Assembly (NCBI GenBank): GCA_963804995.1
Contig: CAWDSK010000001.1
Location: 256,001 to 320,000, forward strand
Reading direction: 5' to 3'
Source: an uncultured Acidobacteriota bacterium
GTDB taxonomy: Bacteria; Acidobacteriota; Terriglobia; UBA7540
DNA: 64,000 nt
Both the position numbers and the translations under genes were made by a program. Positions 55,899 to 64,000 of this stretch are shown here, in pieces (the stretch's first letter is position 1; every line of letters begins with the position of its first letter). The notes beneath the pieces were generated by a model. It was not told where the DNA came from. It ran no database searches and worked only from the letters and a program-made list of their open reading frames with translations.

Positions 55899-57046
55899 AT
55901 GAAACACTACTGCTATTCCATCGCTACGCTGGCCGTGGTGGCTGCGCTCACTCTCCTGTTGTCAGCATGCAGCAGCAGCAAGGCTGATCCCAGAACCGAA
56001 GCGCCCCCGCCCGTGCAAGTAGAGCCTGAACAGGATGGCGGGGCGTTCCGCGTCGATCATCCTGAGCAGTTTCCTTTGGCCACGGCGGGCCAGCACGAGG
56101 CCGCCCCGGAGTTGAACGTAACCGGCAGCGTCAGCCCCGACGTTTCAAGGAACATCCCGGTGGTTTCGCTTGCCTCCGGGCGCGTCGTGGATATTCACGC
56201 CCGCCTGGGCGACACCGTGACCAAGGGGCAGCTCCTGATGCGCGTGCAGAGCCAGGACATTTCACAGGCGTTTTCCGATTACCGGCAGGCGCTTGCGGAC
56301 GCGACGTTGGCGGGCTCGCAACTCACTCGCGCCAAACTCCTGTACGAACACGGCGCTATCGCGCTGAACGATCTGCAAGTGGCGGAGGACGCTGATGCCA
56401 AGGCGAAGGTCACCGTTGAAACCGCGCTGGATCACCTGCATGTCCTTGGGGCAGACCCCCATAACCCTTCGACGATTGTCGACGTCCGCGCTCCAGCCTC
56501 CGGCGTGATCACCGACCAGCAAGTAACTGCTGCCGCCGGTACGCAAGGCCTGGCTTCCCCGAATGCGTTCACCATCTCCGACCTCTCCCACGTCTGGATT
56601 CTGTGCGACGTGTACGAGAACGACCTCCCCTTTGTTCGTCTCGGCGAGTATGCGGACATTCATTTGAACGCTTACCCGGACCAGGTTCTAAGGGCCGGAT
56701 CGGCAATATCGGCGCCATACTCGATCCCAATCTCCGCACGGCGAAGGTCCGCCTGGAAGTTCAGAATCCCGGCATGTTGCGACTCGGCATGTTTGCCACC
56801 GCGACCTTCTATGGCCCCAGGAAAGAAGCCCACGCCACGGTTCCGGCGACCGCGGTGCTGCACTTGCACGACCGCAACTGGGTTTACGTACCGATGGGAG
56901 GCGGCCGCTTCCGGCGCGTGGAAGTGGTGGCCGGCAAGATGCTTCCCGGCAACCCGAGCGACAAGCAGGAGATCATCTCGGGCCTTGCGCCGGGTCAGCA
57001 GGTGGTGGCGAAGGCCCTGGACCTTCAGTCCACGGTGGAGCAGTAA
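55899..57046 (+). CDS. RND efflux periplasmic adaptor (CzcB/CusB-like; frameshift near 56690)
   Basis: Lipobox LSAC; ASGRVVDIHARLGDTVTKGQ; C-terminus in ORF 56603-57046. Confidence 0.9.
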
Positions 57047-60000
57047 ATGATACGCCGCCTCGTCGACTACGCCCTGAACAACCGCCTGCTGGTGCTCGCC
57101 TTTGCGTTCCTGCTGTTCATCTGGGGCATCGTTTCGTTCCACCGGCTTCCCATCGAGGCCTATCCGGACGTGGCGAACAACTATGTGGAGATCATTACCC
57201 AGTGGCCGGGAATCTCCGCCGAACAGATCGAGCAGCAAGTAACGATTCCCCTGGAAACCGCGATGAACGGCATCCCGCACGTGGTGCATTTGCGGTCCTT
57301 CTCCCTGTTCGGGCTCTCCGACCTGAAGTTGCTTTTTGATGACGAATCGGAGAATTCCTGGAATCGCGAGAGCGTTCTGGAGCGGCTTTCCCAAGTCACT
57401 TTACCGCCGGGCGTGACACCCCAAATGGGCACCGACTGGAGCCCGGTCGGCCAAATCTACTTCTTCACCCTGCACAGCACCAATCCTCAGTATGACGTCA
57501 TGGACTTGAAGTCGCTCGAAGACTGGGTGGTGGAGAAAAACCTCAAGGCCGTTCCCGACATCGTGGACGTTGCCAGCTTCGGCGGCCCTACGCGCGAGTA
57601 TCAGGTTCGCATCGATCCCAATAAGCTGATTGATTACGGGCTGAGCCTTGCCCAGGTGGAGCAACAGCTTACCAACAACAATGTCAATGCCGGGCGGAAG
57701 CTTCTTCGAGGCGGGTCTGCAACAGATCAATATTCGCGAGGTGGGGCTGGTCAGGAACGTGCCCGACATCGAAAACACGGTCCTCATGACCAAGGCCGGC
57801 ACTCCGCTGCGGGTGAGGGATATCGCGGTGGTCGAGCAAGGCCCGAAGATCCGCCTCGGCCAGTTCGGCCGGGCGATTCACCGTGAGGACGGAAAGATCA
57901 TCGACAACGATGATGTCGTTTCAGCATGGGTCCCCATGCGGAAAGGCGCCGACACACAAACCGCGCTCGAGGGCCTGGAAGCAAAAGTGAAAGAGTTGAA
58001 CGATCGCATTCTGCCTCCGGGCGTGAAGATCGTTCCGTTTATCGACCGGAGCGATCTTATCCACTTCACAACCCACACCGTACTGCACAATCTGGCGGAG
58101 GGCATGGTCCTGGTCGTCATCGTGCTGTTTCTCTTCCTGGGGAATGCCCGGGGCGCGCTCATCGTTGCCCTCACCATTCCTTTTTCCCTGTTGTTCGCGT
58201 CGATCTGTCTGGACCTCAAGCATATTCCCGCCAATCTGCTGTCGCTGGGCGCGTTGGATTTCGGCATGGTGGTGGACGGCGCCGTGGTGATGATTGAAAA
58301 CATCGTTCGCCACTTGAACCGGCGCGAGGCAGGGGACATCGAGGAACGAATTCGTGCCGCCGCTCACGAGGTTCAGCGGCCGGTCTTCTACGCGATCGCC
58401 ATCATCATCACGGCTTACATTCCCATTTTCACCTTGCAGCGCGTGGAGGGCCGCCTGTTCAAACCCATGGCCTGGACCGTGGCGTTCGCGCTGCTGGGGG
58501 CGCTGCTCTTCTCCATTATGGTGGCGCCAGTGCTGGCAAGTTTCTTTTTCCGGAAAGGCGCGCGCGAATGGCGCAACCCTCTGGTGAAGCTTCCTGACCG
58601 ACCGCTACCGCATCGCCGTGCGCTGGGCCATTCGGCGGCGTGCGCTGACGGTCGGACTGGCGGGCCTGAGCCTGGTCGCCGCGATTTATCTGGCAGTCGG
58701 TGGGATGATTGGCTCGGAGTTTCTCCCTCACTTGGATGAGGGCGCGCTCTGGGTACGTGGCACTCTGGCGCCCAGCACCGGGCCGAGCGAGGGTATCCGG
58801 GTGGCGAATCAGACTCGCGTGTTGCTGGCCTCCTTCCCCGAGGTTACGGAGACTACCAGCCAGGTGGGCCGGCCGGACGACGGAACGGATACGACGGGCT
58901 TCTTTAATACGGAATACTTCGTCGGCCTAAAACCCAAAGAACAATGGCGCCCGGTATTTCACCAGAACAAAGATGAGTTGATCGCCGCCATGAATCGCCA
59001 ACTGGAAAAAATCCCCGGCGTCGTCTGGGGTTTTTCTCAGCCCATTGAAGACAATATGGAAGAGGCGGTCAGCGGCGTGAAGGGAGAGCTCGCCACCAAG
59101 GTCTTCGGCGACGATCTGAAGGTTCTGGAGGAAAAGGCCGATCAGATCGTCAGCATCATGCGCACCGTCAGGGGAATCGAGGATCTTGGGGTTTTCCGGG
59201 TTCTGGGCCAACCCAACAGAATTGACAGTGGATCGTCCCCAAGCCGCACGCTATCAAATCAATGTTGCGGATGTGCAGGATGCCATCCAGACGGCCGTTG
59301 GAGGCAATGCTCTAACCCAGGTTCTCCAAGGCGAGCAGCGCTACGACCTGGTGATGCGGTATCTCCCCCAGTACCGTAATACCCGGGAAGCACTGGAGAA
59401 TATTCGCTTGTTGTCACCCACCGGCGAACGAGTCTCGCTTAAGCAGCTCTGCAAAATTGAAGAACGCGACGGTGCTTCCGAAATCTATCGCGAAGGGAAC
59501 GAGCGCTATGTCGCCATCAAGTACAGCGTGCGCGGCCGCGATTTGGGCGGCGCCGTTGAGGAAGCGATTAAGAAGGTCAACGCGCAACTGCAACTGCCGC
59601 GGGGATATCACCTCGACTGGGAGGGTGAATACGAGAGCGAACAACGCGCCGAAGCGCGCCTTCTCTTCATCGTGCCCCTTACGGTCCTGCTGATTTTCAT
59701 CATCCTCTACACCATGTTCAAATCGTTCAAGTGGGCGCTGCTGGTCCTCGTCAATGTCATGATGGCGCGCCTCGGTGGTCTGCTGGCCCTGTTGGTTACC
59801 GGCACCAACTTCAGTGTTTCCTCGGGCATTGGATTCCTGGCGCTGTTCGGTGTGTCGGTTCAGACCGGCGTGATCATGCTGGAGTATATCAACCAACGCC
59901 GGGCAAGAGGCCACTCCATCGAGGACTCCGCGGTGGAGGGCGCGGTCCTGAGACTCCGCCCCATCATGATGACCATGTTGGTGGCGACGCTCGGATTGCT

Positions 60001-60196
60001 GCCCGCCGCCATGTCGCACGCCATCGGCTCCGACTCCCAGCGGCCCTTCGCGATCGTCATCGTGGGCGGTCTGATTTCGGACCTGGTCATGAGTATCTTT
60101 CTGCTGCCCACTCTGTATGTCTGGATAGCTGGGGACCGCGATGTGCTCCCCGCTCCCGATGGCCAGCACTTTGAACAAGCCCCGAGTGAGGGATAA
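57047..60196 (+). CDS. CusA/CzcA-family heavy-metal RND permease (frameshifts near 57690, 58590, 59215)
   Basis: PIEAYPDV, ANLLSLGALDFGMVVDGAVVMIEN, EFLPHLDEG, RLRPIMMT across four overlapping ORFs. Confidence 0.92.
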
Positions 60197-60207
60197 GGAA
60201 GGGTAGG

Positions 60208-60504
60208 ATGCCGAGAAGCTTCCGTGAGAAACGGAGCTGGCCTCGCGATGGGGGCACAGACCGGGCAGTCGCGGCAGCCGTTGTCCTGGCCGTCACCATC
60301 GTATTTCTGCTGATTGGGTTTACTGGCCCCTCGGTTGACTTGAGCCTCCCAGGACCCACGGGATGGCTCTACATTGGCGTCGTCATTGTCGCTGCCACCG
60401 TCGCCCTCCTCCGGCTCTTCCGCCTCGATGACAAACCAAAGAGGGGAAACCCCTCCGGATTAAGAACTGGGATCTCAAGGTCGAAACGAATCCTGCTTAG
60501 GTAA
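60208..60504 (+). CDS. Small two-TM hypothetical membrane protein
   Basis: Two hydrophobic segments; 11 bp after the RND stop with a purine-rich RBS. Confidence 0.5.
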   Translation: MPRSFREKRSWPRDGGTDRAVAAAVVLAVTIVFLLIGFTGPSVDLSLPGPTGWLYIGVVIVAATVALLRLFRLDDKPKRGNPSGLRTGISRSKRILLR

Positions 60505-60623
60505 GTCTCCGTGGGCGGGCGCAGACTCCCGGTCTTGGGGCTGCGCCGGCGGTGGGCAATTTTGCATTTTGACTTTTTCTTGTGCCCCTGACGCGCGGCG
60601 CTACATGCTCGCCTCTGGCTTTC

Positions 60624-62885
60624 TCAGAGCTTCCATACTACTTCCCAAGACGGTGAGCTGGGGGTTACGAGCAGCATTTCACCCTGCGGACGGGTTTGTG
60701 CGCCGATGATTTTCGCGAAGCGCCAGCCGCTTCCCAGCGTCGCGGGTAATTGCACACTCGCCGGAACTGGTCCGGTTCCACGACTGAACTTCAAACGCCA
60801 ACCCGCGTGGCCATCGAGCGGTTCGAGATTCAAATCAATCCGGCCGAAGCGTGTGGGGGACTGAACAAGGCTCATAGGTTCGCCGCCCGCCAGCTCGAAA
60901 TCACCAATTCCTGCGAGCAGGCGCAGATCCTGACCGTCTTCGAGGGCCAGCATGTGGCGCAAGTAGAGCACGCACTCCGCGCTCGCCCAGTTGTGGGGCA
61001 TGTCGCCGACGTAATCCGCCGTCAGGCTGCCGCGCACGGGCTGCTCCTCACGCCAGCAATAGAGCGGTGAGGCGTGGTTCAGAAATCCCGTAAAGGTTGA
61101 CCGCGCCCAGTCCGTAAGGCCAGCCCATAAATAGACATGGGCCACGAAACCCGCGTTGTAATTCCAAACGCCTCCGTGGGGCAGCCAACCGGTTTCCGCG
61201 GGAATGTCTTCCTGGGTGCAAGCCTGCATCAAGCGGATGTGGCCTTCGACAACCGGATCGTTCTTTTCAAACACCAGGCCCGGATAGATGGCGTGGGATA
61301 ACGCCCATTGCGCCGTCTGCGGCCGGATGCGGTCCCATTCATTCGGCATTGTCCACAGAGGGTCGCCGTCGAGCAACATGGGCATATACTCGAACCCGTC
61401 GGGATGGCGGCGCATCTCCTTGCGAGCCGCGGCAAGGAGAGCCGAGTGCAGTTCGCCATAAAATTGCTTGGCGCCCGCGGGATCAGGGAGACCCAGCCGG
61501 TCCGTTGCTTCGGTGACAGCTTTCAATCCCGCCAAGACCCAGATGGTGTTGGTGAATTCGGAATGGATGTCGTCCAGCCCGCCGTCACCCGCACCCGGCG
61601 CCAGCAGCCCATAGCGGCCGTTCGCGCTGCCGTCGGTTTTGGCTTCATCGCGCCGCGCTTCGACAAATTTAATGGCGCGCGCCAAGCTGGGCTGCATGGA
61701 GCGGAAATACCTCCAGTCCTGGCTGAGCTCCGCCTGCCGCACCATCGTGAACATGGCGATGCCGGTGTCTTTCCACATGCCATGCCCGGCGCTCGCGAAC
61801 ACGCCACCGCTCGCCTCCTGATGCTGCCAGGTCGCTTCCAGTCCCTGCTGCGCGGCTGCGTCGTAACCGAGGTACCGGGCAGCTTCCAGAATGAAATTGC
61901 CATCCACAATCCAGAGGCCGCGATAAACCGTGGGCCCCACCTGAAAGGTTAGCTTTCCGGATTTCTCTTCGCGGGCCTGCTGGATGTTCTGCGCGCAGGC
62001 CACCAGGAAATCCCCGTGCGGACCGGGAAATTTGAGCGAGACTTTTCCCTCAAAGGCTTTCCAGTTCTGCCAGTACTCGCGCGCCTCTGCCAGTAATTGG
62101 GCAGGACGGGCAAGGCCGTCCTTCAGCTTCTCCACCCCCTGACCTTCCTGGGGAAAGCGCAGGAAGCAACGGAACGGGTGGCCCGCGGAAATGGCGGCGG
62201 CTTTCATCCGGTAGGTTAATTGCACCCCGCCGAGCAGGGGGCGCGATAAAGACATATCGCTTAGCATAAACGGCGGCGCTTTCTCATTGTCCAGACGCAG
62301 GACGGAGAGTTCCTCGGTGCGCTGGAATTTCACCTCACGTTTGGTTTTCAGAATCACCTGCGGAACTGCCGCCACCTTGTGCGCGCTGCGGGCTTCAACC
62401 TCCAGAATCACATTATCGACGCGGCCTTCACCTTCGCGCCGCGTAGCGAAGGTGGTGATGTGCAAAAAAGCTTCCGGCCGGTCGAGGCGCGTGTGCACGA
62501 TGGGAACCCCGGGAGCGTCCAGGCGCTGCCCGCCCACCTGGTTGTCTTCCATCCCCTGAAGGGAGAACTCCACCACTTCCGGAAAGTAGGCCCAGCCGCT
62601 GCCGTCTTGGCCCCCGTGGCCACAACGCAGCTCGCCACGCTGGCCAATCAGGCTCTTGAAATGATCGTCGGGAAAGCAGAAAGCCGTTTGCCAGGCGAGG
62701 GGCGAGTAGCGAAAGTCGATGGCGGTCGAGGGGGTCTGATCCTCCGGGCTGGCAGCCTCGCGCCCTGTCTCCTTCGCGCCTACGCTTGATGCGCTGCCAA
62801 GGATCGGCGAGGCACCCGCCATGGCCGCCGTCCCCAATCCCACCGTTGCGTCGCGGAGAAACTTGCGCCGGGTCGATTCGCTCAC
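60624..62885 (-). CDS. Tat-exported six-hairpin glycosidase-like protein
   Basis: TRRKFLR leader; GPTVYRGLWIVDG, WREEQ, GDMPHNWASAE, PTRFG. Confidence 0.75.
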   Translation of the reverse strand: MSESTRRKFLRDATVGLGTAAMAGASPILGSASSVGAKETGREAASPEDQTPSTAIDFRYSPLAWQTAFCFPDDHFKSLIGQRGELRCGHGGQDGSGWAYFPEVVEFSLQGMEDNQVGGQRLDAPGVPIVHTRLDRPEAFLHITTFATRREGEGRVDNVILEVEARSAHKVAAVPQVILKTKREVKFQRTEELSVLRLDNEKAPPFMLSDMSLSRPLLGGVQLTYRMKAAAISAGHPFRCFLRFPQEGQGVEKLKDGLARPAQLLAEAREYWQNWKAFEGKVSLKFPGPHGDFLVACAQNIQQAREEKSGKLTFQVGPTVYRGLWIVDGNFILEAARYLGYDAAAQQGLEATWQHQEASGGVFASAGHGMWKDTGIAMFTMVRQAELSQDWRYFRSMQPSLARAIKFVEARRDEAKTDGSANGRYGLLAPGAGDGGLDDIHSEFTNTIWVLAGLKAVTEATDRLGLPDPAGAKQFYGELHSALLAAARKEMRRHPDGFEYMPMLLDGDPLWTMPNEWDRIRPQTAQWALSHAIYPGLVFEKNDPVVEGHIRLMQACTQEDIPAETGWLPHGGVWNYNAGFVAHVYLWAGLTDWARSTFTGFLNHASPLYCWREEQPVRGSLTADYVGDMPHNWASAECVLYLRHMLALEDGQDLRLLAGIGDFELAGGEPMSLVQSPTRFGRIDLNLEPLDGHAGWRLKFSRGTGPVPASVQLPATLGSGWRFAKIIGAQTRPQGEMLLVTPSSPSWEVVWKL

Positions 62886-63138
62886 GTGTCACTCTCCTCA
62901 GAGACCGGAGTTTGGAATAATCAGCTACGGTTCGGCCGATAACATACTCCCTGGCAGTGGAGAACACAATTGGCAGTATGCGCAGTGGGGATGGGGCTTG
63001 CCCTACCCTTGTCATTTGGCCGAAATGTGGAACGAGGGGGCGGCAAGCCGTCCCCCTACTAATGATCGGGAGATGCCATCAGCGCCTGGGTGGTCTCCGC
63101 CCTTTCTTTCTCCCCTCAGTGGCGGTAGGCTGTAGCCC

Positions 63139-63897
63139 ATGGCACGCAGTGGATCTGAAAAAATCCGTTTAGACCGGCTCGTCTTCGAGCGTGGACTGAC
63201 GGATTCCCGTGAAAAGGCGCAGGGCCTGATTCTGGCCGGGCAGATCCTGGTGGACGATCAGAAAGAAGAGAAGTGCGGAACCCTGGTTGACCCGCAGGCT
63301 TCGCTGCGCCTGCTGGCCGATGCGCCCAAATATGTGAGCCGTGGTGGACTGAAGCTGGAAGGTGCGCTCGAGCACTTTCGCATTGATCCGGACGGGAGAA
63401 TATGCCTCGACATCGGGTCTTCCACCGGGGGCTTTACCGACTGTCTGCTGCAACATGGTGCAGGCAAAGTTTTCGCTGTGGATGCGGGCACAAATCAGCT
63501 TGACTGGAAACTCCGGCGCGACCCCCGGGTAGTTGTTCTCGAAAAAACCAACGCGCGCTTCCTGGCCTTCGACCGGATCAAAGCGCATGTGGAACTCGTT
63601 ACGATTGACGTGTCCTTCATATCCGCAACCCTGATTCTGCCCGCGGTCCCCGCGCTGCTCGCCGCCCCTGCGGACCTGCTGGTGCTGGTCAAGCCTCAGT
63701 TCGAAGTAGGCAAAGGGTTGGTGGGAAAAGGTGGAATCGTGCGTGACCCGGCGCTGCACCAGGAGGCAGTCGCCAAAGTTTCACGCAAAGTCCTGGAGAT
63801 CGGGTTCAGCAAGCTGTCGTCTGTCGAGAGTCCGCTGCCGGGCGCGGAGGGAAATCTCGAGTTTTTCTTGCATGCCATCTGGCAGAAAGGCCATTAG
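63139..63897 (+). CDS. tlyA: TlyA-family rRNA methyltransferase
   Basis: S4 domain RLDRLV; YVSRGGLKL, DIGSSTGGFTD, DVSFIS, KPQFE, GNLEF. Confidence 0.95.
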   Translation: MARSGSEKIRLDRLVFERGLTDSREKAQGLILAGQILVDDQKEEKCGTLVDPQASLRLLADAPKYVSRGGLKLEGALEHFRIDPDGRICLDIGSSTGGFTDCLLQHGAGKVFAVDAGTNQLDWKLRRDPRVVVLEKTNARFLAFDRIKAHVELVTIDVSFISATLILPAVPALLAAPADLLVLVKPQFEVGKGLVGKGGIVRDPALHQEAVAKVSRKVLEIGFSKLSSVESPLPGAEGNLEFFLHAIWQKGH

Positions 63898-64000
63898 AAT
63901 AGTTGCCCCCTCTGCCCGCCGGGGGCACTCCAACTTCCGATGCGCCACCAGTTAACGGGCGCTCGTAAAGGTCAAGAACCGCCATGCCCATCACCCGGGT

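Overview
GC-rich bacterial chromosome segment, probably Acidobacteriota/Terriglobia (inferred from gene repertoire and style). Housekeeping genes (dgt, glgC, aspartate kinase-thrC, ppc, hpt, rpsT, rpsU, mtaB, tsaC, anmK, mutS, tlyA) alternate with accessory genes: a hybrid sensor kinase, an MttB-family methyltransferase, Tat-exported enzymes, a CzcBA-like RND pump with a two-component pair, an AlbA/Schlafen-HATPase + ParA pair, toxin-antitoxin remnants and an Rhs fragment. About ten single-base frameshifts, some in conserved genes, point to long-read assembly errors. The most distinctive feature is a dense, nested set of non-autonomous repeats. (i) A GxxExxY nuclease gene is bracketed by a dedicated palindromic element that forms a 3x161-bp array and has solo relatives across the window. 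(ii) There are CTAG-flanked MITEs; one carries a group II intron inserted in its terminal inverted repeat, and another is translated in frame inside a degenerate nagZ. (iii) Two 190-bp GTAG-REP doublets supply the stop codons of adjacent ORFs. Also notable are an IS with an AbrB-like ORF joined to a DDE transposase at an A8 slippery site, and a 71-aa Cys-rich protein resembling the animal Pinocchio domain. All assignments were made by eye; no database searches were run.
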